Assembly (NCBI GenBank): GCA_963810935.1
Contig: CAWEPK010000012.1
Span: 416,691-480,690 of the forward strand
DNA length: 64,000 nucleotides
Source of the DNA: an uncultured delta proteobacterium
Lineage (GTDB): Bacteria; Desulfobacterota; Syntrophorhabdia; Syntrophorhabdales; WCHB1-27
Direction of reading: 5' to 3'
Shown here: piece by piece, positions 7,615 to 15,845 of the stretch
How the letters are laid out: each line of letters begins with the position of its first letter
Numbering within the stretch: the stretch's first letter is position 1
Notes under the pieces: model-generated
Seen by the model: the letters and a program-made list of their open reading frames with translations, nothing else
Told to the model about the DNA's origin: nothing
The model's database searches: none
Made by a program: the position numbers and the translations under genes

Positions 7615-9858
7615 TTACGTGAGCCCCAGCGCCAGGCCCAGATGGTACGCAGCCACGCCGCCCAGGAACGACATCACGAGCATCACCACGAACGACGCGA
7701 TAAACCACTTCCAGCTCCCCATCTCCTGCTTCATCACCGCCACCGTCGCAGCGCACGGCACAAACAGCATCAGCACTACCAGGAACGCTAGCGCCGACGC
7801 AGTCCCCATAAACCTCGGCAGGACCTCCCTCAAGCCTTCCTCGCCCACGTTGTAGAGCACCGCCAGCGTGGCTATCGAGTTCTCCTTCGCCACGAGGCTC
7901 GAAAGCAGCGCCACCATCTCCCTCCACCCCAGGCCCATCAGCTTCCCCACCGGCTCGAGCAGCCTGCCCATCGACGCGAGCACGCTCGTCTCGAGGCTGC
8001 CTCCGGGGATATTCGCCAGGCACCAGATCACAACAGACGCGATGAGGATCACGCTGCCCGCGCGCTTAACGAAAGAGATAATCCGCGACCAGACGACCGC
8101 AACGATCGTGCGCGGGTCGGGCTTGTGATACAGGGGAAGCTCCATGATGAAAGGCATCGGCTCTCCTTTCATCAGCACCTTGGCAAGGGTCATGCCGGTC
8201 AGCCCGAGAACGATGATGTTGAGCGCGACGAGCAGCCAGGAGACGAGCGACGCCTGCCGGGCAAAGACGGCCGCGCTAATAAAGGTGAGCACCGCGAGCC
8301 TTGCCGTGCACGGCACGAACGGAGCGAGGAACGTGGTAAGGATGCGCGCCTTTTTCGATTCGATGATGCGCGCCCCTATGACGGCCGGCACGTTGCATCC
8401 GAAGCCCAGGCACAAAGGCAGGAAGCTCTTGCCGTGCAGGCCGATCACGTGCATGAAGCGGTCCATCACGAAAGCGCCGCGCGCCATGTACCCCACGTCT
8501 TCGAGGAACGTCAGGCAGATGAAGAATATGAGCAGTATCGGGAAGAACGTGAGCACAGAGCCGGCCCCGGCGATCACGCCGTTGACGAGCAGCCCGATGA
8601 GCCAGTGCGGCGCGCCTGCAAGCGCCCCCTCGACGAGGTGCGCGAAAGCGCCCAGGCACCATTCGAGCTTGCGCTGCACGGGAAAGCCCACCTTATACGT
8701 CAGAAAGAAGACCAGGCCGAGTATCGCAAGGAGCGCAGGCACGCCGAAGACGGGGTGCGTCAGCACGTGGTCGATGCGGTCCGTCATGAGCACCTGACCC
8801 CTGCGGAACTGTGAGACGGCTATGCGCGTCACTGCCTCGATCCAGTCATACCGGCCGCCCACGACTGCGCGCAGCGCGTCCTCGTGCTCGCTTAAGAGCC
8901 CCTGTATCTCGCCCCATGCGCTGTCGGGCAGCAGTACCTGCACCTCCCTCGATACCTCCGGGTCGCCTTCCATCAGCTTCGTCGCCACCCACCGGTCCGT
9001 GTACGGCTCGGGCACGTGGCCTTTCAGGATCTCTATCAGCCGCAAATAGATCGCCCTGTGGTCGGCAGATACGTCGGGCAGCCTGGGGCTGAAATCGACC
9101 ATGTGCTGCGACGTGTCCGTTACAAGCGGGATAAGCTCTTTTATGCCCCTGTTCTTCGTGGCAATGATGGGGATTACGGGCATGCCCAGCGAGCGCTGGA
9201 GAGCGGCGATATCGATGTGGATGCCCTGGGCTTCCGCGACGTCCATCATATTGACTGCAACGACGATGGGCGCGTCAATGAGAAGAAGCTCGGAGAGCAG
9301 ATAGAGGCTCCGCTCCAGGACCGCGGCGTTGGCTACGAGGACGATGACGTCCGGCCGCTCGTTGATGAGGAACTCGCGCGCCGCCCTCTCCTCTTCGGAA
9401 AAAGCGGTAAGGCTGTATGTGCCGGGCAGGTCCACGATGCGCATCTGCGCGTCGTCGCTCGTGTAGATGCCTTCCTTCTTCTCGACGGTCTTGCCCGGCC
9501 AGTTGCCGACGTGCTGCGACAGGCCGGTAAGGATGTTGAAGACGGTCGATTTGCCGACGTTCGGCTGGCCCGCAAGCGCAACGAGAAGCTGCGGCCGCTC
9601 TTCGGGCCTGCCGACCCGCGATACGAAGACGCGGGAGGCCTCGACCCTGCCCAGTGCCAGGCGCGTGCCGGAGGTTAAAACGATCACGGAGCCGCCCGTG
9701 TTGGTGAGCACCTTGACGGTTGCGCCGGGGACAATGCCCATAGACGCCAGCCGGCTTGTCAGCCGCTCCCCGCCGCCTATGGAGCTGACGACCCCTTCCT
9801 CGCCTTCATGCAGGGTAGTTACCGCCGATACGACGTTTTCCAAAACGTCTCCCTTCAT
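7615..9858 (-). CDS. feoB: Ferrous iron transporter FeoB with N-terminal FeoA domain
   Basis: RLASMGIVPG (FeoA), GQPNVGKS, VGNWPG, DLPGTYSL, GFGCNVP, PFVPCTARL. Confidence 0.95.
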   Translation of the reverse strand: MKGDVLENVVSAVTTLHEGEEGVVSSIGGGERLTSRLASMGIVPGATVKVLTNTGGSVIVLTSGTRLALGRVEASRVFVSRVGRPEERPQLLVALAGQPNVGKSTVFNILTGLSQHVGNWPGKTVEKKEGIYTSDDAQMRIVDLPGTYSLTAFSEEERAAREFLINERPDVIVLVANAAVLERSLYLLSELLLIDAPIVVAVNMMDVAEAQGIHIDIAALQRSLGMPVIPIIATKNRGIKELIPLVTDTSQHMVDFSPRLPDVSADHRAIYLRLIEILKGHVPEPYTDRWVATKLMEGDPEVSREVQVLLPDSAWGEIQGLLSEHEDALRAVVGGRYDWIEAVTRIAVSQFRRGQVLMTDRIDHVLTHPVFGVPALLAILGLVFFLTYKVGFPVQRKLEWCLGAFAHLVEGALAGAPHWLIGLLVNGVIAGAGSVLTFFPILLIFFICLTFLEDVGYMARGAFVMDRFMHVIGLHGKSFLPLCLGFGCNVPAVIGARIIESKKARILTTFLAPFVPCTARLAVLTFISAAVFARQASLVSWLLVALNIIVLGLTGMTLAKVLMKGEPMPFIMELPLYHKPDPRTIVAVVWSRIISFVKRAGSVILIASVVIWCLANIPGGSLETSVLASMGRLLEPVGKLMGLGWREMVALLSSLVAKENSIATLAVLYNVGEEGLREVLPRFMGTASALAFLVVLMLFVPCAATVAVMKQEMGSWKWFIASFVVMLVMSFLGGVAAYHLGLALGLT

Positions 9859-9995
9859 CAGCGTTTATACCTGTATTTGCTGGAAAAGTCAACGCCGGCG
9901 GTGACGACGGAAGGTACAGCGCAGCCGGATATTTTCATTCCGGCTCTCTTGACATACCCCGGCCATCCTGCTTAAATATTTATTCGATACAGAGT

Positions 9996-10070
9996 AGGCG
10001 CGTAGCTCAACGGGAGAGCGCTACCTTGACACGGTAGAGGTCAGGGGTTCAACACCCCTCGTGCCTACCA
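9996..10070 (+). tRNA. tRNA-Val(GAC)
   Basis: Complete cloverleaf; anticodon loop TTGACAC; encoded CCA; upstream TTGACA at 9949. Confidence 0.97.
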
Positions 10071-10195
10071 TTTTTACCCTCGGCAATTCAGTACGGGCGT
10101 TTTTTGCGCCATGCTTCGTAATCTTCCCGACCGCAAATTCTCACATAAAAATTCTCTTGACAATCGTTATACAGTGTCATTAAAATGACCACAAT

Positions 10196-10302
10196 CTGAA
10201 AAAACAAACCATTGGCGGCCATGGGACGTAAAGCCAAGGGGCCTCTGATATACCCTTTGCGAAGTCTTCAGACGTACGGTCGAGTGGCCCGTGGTTACCC
10301 GA
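10196..10302 (+). ncRNA. GEMM-I (c-di-GMP-I class) riboswitch, A20 variant
   Basis: ACAAACCAT...ATGGGACGTAAAGCC...GGTTACC core motifs in the 5' UTR of a surface-protein gene. Confidence 0.75.
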
Positions 10303-10342
10303 CTGGTTATAGCAGCGGTACGGCCTTGCGCAGGGAGGCAAT

Positions 10343-11056
10343 ATGCCTGAAAAAGAATCCGTGATCAAGCTGTTTATCTCCGTTGCTTGCGCTCTCGCAC
10401 TGTTTGGTCTATCCACGCGGGCACACGCCGATTGGAGTGTGGTCGGTGATTGGGCCATTACTTCTAATCCGAACGGCCAGTGGACGTATGGCTACTCACC
10501 GACAGGAGCGTCCTCAGACTTCGCGGCATTTAACGCGTCTACAAACACCGGGATATCTACATCGTGGTATCCAAACAGCGTCGGCCCCAATACCGGGCCG
10601 GTCATTTGGCAGAATACGGCCTCGTACACCCAGTACAGTGTAACGTCCGGACAGGTATCCCTTCAGGCCGGCCCCAACGGTGAATACGCGGTCGTCCGAT
10701 GGACGTCGCCTATCGCCGGAACAATTACCATTAACGGCGCCTTCGGAGCGGGCGACAGCGGATCCGCAGCCTACTTTATCTACTTGAGCAACGTCCAGAG
10801 CGGCACCTGGACCACCGTTAACATCTTCTCTCAATCGCCTACATCCAACAGCGCAAGCTTCAACCTTACCGAGACGGTGTCTCAAGGGACAATGATCGAT
10901 TTCATGGTCGGCCAGTGTTACATCGACGGCAACACGCCGCTCGATGCGACCATTTCACTGGTTCCCCTCCCATCGGCAATGCTTCTTTTGGCTCCGGGTC
11001 TGATAGGATTGGCAGCAATCAGGAAACGATTTAAAACACCGACCGAGCGACAATAG
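10343..11056 (+). CDS. PEP-CTERM-like (VPLP-CTERM) exosortase-sorted surface protein
   Basis: Signal peptide (..AHA), Ser/Thr/Gly-rich body, C-terminal VPLPSAMLLLAPGLIGLAAIRKRFK. Confidence 0.88.
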   Translation: MPEKESVIKLFISVACALALFGLSTRAHADWSVVGDWAITSNPNGQWTYGYSPTGASSDFAAFNASTNTGISTSWYPNSVGPNTGPVIWQNTASYTQYSVTSGQVSLQAGPNGEYAVVRWTSPIAGTITINGAFGAGDSGSAAYFIYLSNVQSGTWTTVNIFSQSPTSNSASFNLTETVSQGTMIDFMVGQCYIDGNTPLDATISLVPLPSAMLLLAPGLIGLAAIRKRFKTPTERQ

Positions 11057-11733
11057 CGACAGAGACAGGATAAGCAAACCACAGGCAGTCAGCGGTAGCC
11101 AACTGGCCACGGGGCCGGCACATGCATTAAAAACCCCTCCGGCCTGAAAGGCCGAGTGGACGGAGTTTAGCTGTCTTTTGTTTTCCGGTACATCAAAGAG
11201 CGCGCGGTATTCTTGCCGACTTAGTCAACTACGTACCCTATAAAGCCTTACAGGGGCTTGGTTTTCAGGATTCGTTGATTGCCGCTTGAAGGACGCGAAA
11301 CGATTGAAACGACGGCCATAGAAACAAGGACAATCCTACCATTACGGTATGTGAACAATTGCACACAGCAAGATTGTCACCCTTTAGAGGCAAAACCAGC
11401 GATATAACAAGACTTTCAGGTAACAGTGAAGTGCAAAATAACACATTCCGACTAGCCGCAATCCGTCCGGCCCATGGTGGGGAATAGCGAAAAGAGAGCC
11501 AACAGACTTCATCATCGTAGGAAGCATGTGAAAGATTACACTATATTGCGTAAAGCCGCAACATAAATTTTTTTAAACCCCCTTGTTTCCCCCTCGCAAC
11601 CGTCGGGTCAGCCCGATCCATCTTCTGAGGGAACAATAATACGCTATCGCAAAGTAATGGAGTAACCCCCTTTCAAACCATAATGGACGTAGTTGGCTAA
11701 CGTGACCTGCCGGCAATTCCGCGGAATCTGGTA

Positions 11734-11762
11734 TTGACAATCGTTATACCCAGAGTTATCCT
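11734..11762 (+). promoter_or_regulatory. sigma70 promoter of the TA operon (leaderless)
   Basis: TTGACA-N17-TATCCT; ATG at 11769. Confidence 0.65.
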
Positions 11763-11768
11763 ATAAGT

Positions 11769-12017
11769 ATGAAGACTGCCATATCCCTGCCCGATGATAT
11801 ATTTAAAGAGGTTGACGAGTACGGTAAGGAGTACCGGTGCTCGCGGAGCCAGGTGTTTGTTATGGCCGTGCGGGAGTTCCTTGACCGTAGGAAATCGAAG
11901 AAGCTCCTTGAGGCTCTTAACAAGGCGTATGGGGAGGCTGAGACATCCGAAGAAAGGGCCTTACGGCGGCAGGCAAAAGCCTATCGTGCGAGGAAAGCCC
12001 GGACCGAAGCCCCTTGA
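11769..12017 (+). CDS. CopG/RHH antitoxin (MazE-like)
   Basis: MKTAISLPDDIF...SRSQVF ribbon-helix-helix; overlaps the toxin gene. Confidence 0.85.
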   Translation: MKTAISLPDDIFKEVDEYGKEYRCSRSQVFVMAVREFLDRRKSKKLLEALNKAYGEAETSEERALRRQAKAYRARKARTEAP

Positions 12018-12379
12018 GCATCCGGCAGGGGGACATATTCTGGGTCGATCTCGGCCCGCCGGAAGGGTCCGGGCCGGGGTTCAGGCATCCCTGCGTCGTT
12101 ATACAGAACAACGTCTTTAACACGAGCCGGCTGAGTACGGTAGTGGTCTGCGCCCTTACATCGAATGTCGAAAGGGCGAAGGCGCCGGGAAACGTCCTGC
12201 TCAAGGAAGGCGAAGGCGGCCTGCCGAAAGATAGCGTCGCCAACGTCACTCAGATCTTAACCGTCGATAAATCGGACCTTGTCGAGAAAATAGGCTCCCT
12301 GCGCCCCGCCAGGATCAACCGGATCATCGACGGCGTCGGGCTTCTCCTCACACCGTTAGAGCTGCCGGTGGATTTATAG
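12014..12379 (+). CDS. mazF: PemK/MazF family toxin
   Basis: IRQGDIFWVDL...RHPCVVIQNN..N...LTSN...DSVANVTQI.TVDK. Confidence 0.93.
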   Translation: MSIRQGDIFWVDLGPPEGSGPGFRHPCVVIQNNVFNTSRLSTVVVCALTSNVERAKAPGNVLLKEGEGGLPKDSVANVTQILTVDKSDLVEKIGSLRPARINRIIDGVGLLLTPLELPVDL

Positions 12380-12521
12380 GTCGCTTTGCCTTTACCCTGG
12401 CTCCCGTTGACGAAAAAAAAGCAAAGGTGTAGAGTGAGGATATGGACCGATACTTACCCGCCGGGCTGCTGACGGCTTATGGGCGCGAAAATGCGGGCAC
12501 TCAACGAAAAGGGGGAAAGTG

Positions 12522-12629
12522 ATGGGCGACAAAAGCAAGAAGGACAAGGATAAGGGCGCAAAACAAAGCGCTGTGAAACAACAGCAGAAAGCGAAAGCTA
12601 AAAGTGATAAACAACCCAAGAAATCTTGA
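12522..12629 (+). CDS. 35-aa lysine-rich small protein (not in the ORF track)
   Basis: TTGACG-N17-TAGAGT promoter (12407-12435), AAGGGGG RBS, MGDKSKKDKDKGAKQSAVKQQQKAKAKSDKQPKKS. Confidence 0.65.
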   Translation: MGDKSKKDKDKGAKQSAVKQQQKAKAKSDKQPKKS

Positions 12630-12735
12630 CAAAGATCATGGCGCCGCCGGGTTCACCTGCCGAAAGCGCCCATGATGAAACCGGAAAACGAATGGTTTCC
12701 CTCAGGCTGTACGTAGGCAGGTTGGGCAAAGCCGG

Positions 12736-12981
12736 ATGTCTGTCCATATAATTCCAATCGAAAAGCTGACCCCCGAAGCCCTGCGGGGCGTTATCGAGGA
12801 ATTTATTTCAAGGGGGGGCACTGATTACGGCGAAACAGCGGCCTCACCGGAAACAAGCTTCAGACAGGTAAAACATAAACTCGAAAAGGGATTGGCAGTC
12901 CTTGTTTATGACGACGAGACGGAAACCACCAACATACTCCGGGCTGATAATGCCGATATACGAAGGATCGAGGCCGAATAA
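12736..12981 (+). CDS. YheU (UPF0270) family protein
   Basis: IP...L.PEALRGVIEEFISRGGTDYGE. Confidence 0.88.
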   Translation: MSVHIIPIEKLTPEALRGVIEEFISRGGTDYGETAASPETSFRQVKHKLEKGLAVLVYDDETETTNILRADNADIRRIEAE

Positions 12982-13053
12982 GCAGACTCGTAAGTGAAGC
13001 CGGTAACTTTTTCCACGCAAACCTGCACGCCGTTTAGGGACGACTCTTTCGAA

Positions 13054-13449
13054 TTAAGTCTCAATCACCTTCAAACCCAGGAACCTGACCATCGGGTCGA
13101 AGTCGCGGTCATCGTGCAGTAACGGCAAATCGTGGTGGATGCAGAAAGTGCCGATCATGACATCGATTGTCTTCCGCACGGTCACACCCTTCTTGCGAAG
13201 GGTCCTGTAATTAATTGCAGCTTCCAAAGCCAGGGCGCGGCCGCCCATTGTCAGGAACGGCAGGCGATGAAGAAGGTCTCTTGCTGTCCTGAAGTCCTTA
13301 TCGTCCTGAAACCCCTGGAGCACCTCGGTCAGGACCAACTCGTTTATGACGAAAGGGACATTTCCGGCTGAGGCGTCGAGCCAGTCCGTACGGGACGTCT
13401 TTTTGCCGTTGAAATAGTCGATCCAGACCGGAGAATCGACGAAGATCAT
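13054..13449 (-). CDS. vapC: VapC PIN-domain toxin
   Basis: IFVDSPVWIDYF, EVLQG, KTIDVMI, LLHDDRDFD. Confidence 0.92.
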   Translation of the reverse strand: MIFVDSPVWIDYFNGKKTSRTDWLDASAGNVPFVINELVLTEVLQGFQDDKDFRTARDLLHRLPFLTMGGRALALEAAINYRTLRKKGVTVRKTIDVMIGTFCIHHDLPLLHDDRDFDPMVRFLGLKVIET

Positions 13450-13640
13450 TTATCCAGCCGCATTTCGTGCAGGTTGCCGGTCCATTTGAGCTTTCCCCGG
13501 AAAGCCCTCAGCCTTTCCTGGTCCTTAACCTGAACAAGCAGTCTCAAGCCCTCTTCTATGGTTTCCTTCTTTGTCTTCTTTCCCGACGCCTTAAGGGCGG
13601 ACGCCATCAAAACGTCATCTATTATCACGTTGGTTCTCAC
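13446..13640 (-). CDS. vapB: VapB antitoxin
   Basis: GTG start after GGAGG; RTNVIIDD.LM..AL..SG.KTKKE...LRAFRGKLKW. Confidence 0.88.
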   Translation of the reverse strand: MRTNVIIDDVLMASALKASGKKTKKETIEEGLRLLVQVKDQERLRAFRGKLKWTGNLHEMRLDK

Positions 13641-13827
13641 CTGTCGCCTCCCATGTGTATCACTATCATCTATTATACACATTATTGCAATTGTTTGAAA
13701 CACGGCGGCCCCTGCCGTCGGGTTTGTGGGCACCTGCCTCGCCCGCGCCGTGAAGGTGCGCCTGCCGTAGACATGCCCTATATTAGACCGTACAGAGCAA
13801 ACGTCTACGAACGTACGGAGGCGCTGT

Positions 13828-14184
13828 ATGAAAGGCATTGAGGTAAAGAACTTTGATGTGCCGGACGAGACGAGGAGATTCGATAAGGGCAAGGTCGAGT
13901 TAATCAATGTCAACGGGCGTACGGTCGGGCGGGCTACTTTAGAGCCGGGATGGAAATGGTCGGAATCGGTGAAGCCCCTGGCGAAAACAAAAAGCTGCGA
14001 GGCCCCCCATTTCCAATATCATCTTTAGGGCATCCTTCATGTCAAAACGGACGACGGCACGGAAAAGGACGTGAGAGCCGGAGAGGTTTCGATGCTTGGT
14101 CCCGGTCATGACGCATGGGTGGTCGGCAATCAACCGGTAATACTGATCGATTTTCAGGGCATGGTAGATTATGCCAGGCAGTAA
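13828..14184 (+). pseudogene. Cupin-domain protein interrupted by an in-frame TAG (14026-14028)
   Basis: PGWKWSESVKP..CEAPH before the TAG; same frame continues GILHV...PGHDAWVVG...DFQG to TAA 14184. Confidence 0.8.
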
Positions 14185-14225
14185 AAACAGTGGGTGTTAA
14201 TACGGTTTCACCGGTCCCGGGGATT

Positions 14226-14696
14226 TTAGTTATCCGCTTGCTTTCGGGCTTCCAGCAAAGTCTTGTCTGCTATGAGCTTCGCAAGGGCTTTGTCGTGGCT
14301 TGACCATAGGCAGCCGGGGTGGGTCGCCGTAATACCGAATTCGGTTATCTTATCGGTTATCTTGACGATAACGACCTTTACGGTCGTATCCTTGCTCTTC
14401 GCTTCTACGAGGCCCCCGTTTTCATGCTCCGTCCGCTTGCTCAGCGTGACATCGATATCGAGGCTCAGCAGGGCTGTTATGGACGCGTTCCATGTCTTGT
14501 CAAAAGATACGTCGATGGCCTCCTGGGCATCCGCCTTATTGACCTGGCCTTGCAGCTCCGCCCCTTTGAGGACCAGTCCGGCCCCGCCGATAACGGCCGT
14601 GGTTGCCGGGGCGGCAAGGTAGACGCATGCCTGTAGAGACAGGCATGCGCCGGCCAGCAACAGAGCACAACAGGTAGCTTTCATCATAGTTGTCAC
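14226..14696 (-). CDS. Lipoprotein (DUF3568-like)
   Basis: Lipobox LQAC followed by a glycine-rich segment. Confidence 0.6.
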   Translation of the reverse strand: MTTMMKATCCALLLAGACLSLQACVYLAAPATTAVIGGAGLVLKGAELQGQVNKADAQEAIDVSFDKTWNASITALLSLDIDVTLSKRTEHENGGLVEAKSKDTTVKVVIVKITDKITEFGITATHPGCLWSSHDKALAKLIADKTLLEARKQADN

Positions 14697-14983
14697 TTAT
14701 GTGCGTGTCCGTTTCGTTCGTCATTTTTGCTTTCTTCTTCCCGACCGCATCCAAAGACGGCCGTCGAGCCAACTATCCTAACCCACTGCAACTCATCCGT
14801 CAAACCGTTGCCCGGCTATTACTGCCGCCGAAGCGGTATATATTGATTATATGCCTCCCGGAGTCCAGCGCAAAGGTAAAGGCCGACAAAGCGGCCGGAC
14901 GGGAGCTGTACGCGCCCGTTTCCTCTTTCTTTCTTGCCGCCCGGCTGTTATCTTATAACAGACCCTTTAAGGAGACCTGAAAT

Positions 14984-15199
14984 ATGCCTATCTATGAATA
15001 CCGTTGCGGCAAATGCGCCGAGACATTCGAAGTGATCCATAAGGCGGATGACGACTGCAAAGACTTGCAGTGCCCGAAATGCGGGAGCGGCGCACCTGAG
15101 CGCCTCCTGTCCGTATTTTGTTCGGGGGGCTCGAAAGGCCCTGCCGGCGCTGCCGCAGGCGGCCATTCCTCGCCGGGCCATAGCTGAAGCTCCTGCTAG
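14984..15199 (+). CDS. FmdB-family zinc-ribbon protein; possible selenoprotein (TGA 15185 read as Sec; otherwise ends 15187)
   Basis: MPIYEYRCGKC...CPKCGS; TGA-AGC-TCC-TGC-TAG gives UxxC. Confidence 0.8.
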
Positions 15200-15219
15200 G
15201 GAGTCGTGACTCCCTTTTT
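15198..15219. terminator. Hairpin plus T-tract between convergent genes (also a SECIS candidate)
   Basis: AGGGAGTC-GT-GACTCCCT then TTTT. Confidence 0.6.
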
Positions 15220-15238
15220 CGTCGCCCGGTCGCACAGG

Positions 15239-15694
15239 CTACTCCAACATCTTCGCTACGGCCTTGCCGTACTCCTGGCAGGCCCGTATGCCGTCGGGCG
15301 TCTTGATTACATCGGCCATGACGTCGAACGGACCCAGGTCCGTCATCTTCATCCCGAGCTTCGATTCCATTACCTGAAAAATGCGCTCGGCTGCCCCGCC
15401 GTCGCCGCTGCTCGGATGGGACCGTGGGCTGAATGCGCCCCCCGCCTTGCCCTGTAAGCCGGCCCTTCCTGCAACGTCGAGTAGAGATGCAAAGGCCTGC
15501 GGCATGTCGAGGTGGTATGTAGGGCATCCGAAGATATACGCGTCGTACCCGGCTAGGTCACGTTCGGCCGTTACGCCGGAAGCCTTCCGAACATCCACTG
15601 CAAGCCCCGATATGCGCACCCCTTCCGCTATGTATCCGGCCATCTGCTCCGTAGTGCCTGATGCGCTCAGGTAGACGATCAGCACCTTTGCCAT
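15239..15694 (-). CDS. Flavodoxin-like protein
   Basis: KVLIVYLSASGTTEQMA..IAEG, GCPTY. Confidence 0.88.
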   Translation of the reverse strand: MAKVLIVYLSASGTTEQMAGYIAEGVRISGLAVDVRKASGVTAERDLAGYDAYIFGCPTYHLDMPQAFASLLDVAGRAGLQGKAGGAFSPRSHPSSGDGGAAERIFQVMESKLGMKMTDLGPFDVMADVIKTPDGIRACQEYGKAVAKMLE

Positions 15695-15791
15695 ATAAGG
15701 TCTCCTTGGGGGAAAAGTGGTCCTCAAAAGAAGTATAATGCCTTGGACGCTCAGCGGCTATTAAGCGGGGTCTCGTCGCCCGTCATGGAAA

Positions 15792-15827
15792 ACGGCCGGC
15801 GGGAAGCGCGCGCCTCCCGCCGGCCGT
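15792..15827 (-). terminator. Intrinsic terminator after the VIT-vWA gene
   Basis: 13-bp stem ACGGCCGGCGGGA/TCCCGCCGGCCGT followed by T residues on the minus strand. Confidence 0.7.
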
Positions 15828-15845
15828 ACTTGCACGGTTATCGGC

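Noticed and set aside
7615..9858. FeoA-FeoB fusion as a novelty
   Set aside because: Known architecture
12436..12482. Fluoride (crcB)-riboswitch-like words (GATATGG...GCTGCTGACGGCTTA)
   Set aside because: P1 and the pseudoknot do not pair convincingly, and the downstream gene is unrelated to fluoride
9996..14200. Possible genomic island integrated at tRNA-Val
   Set aside because: Downstream genes look accessory, but I found no integrase and no duplicate of the tRNA 3' end
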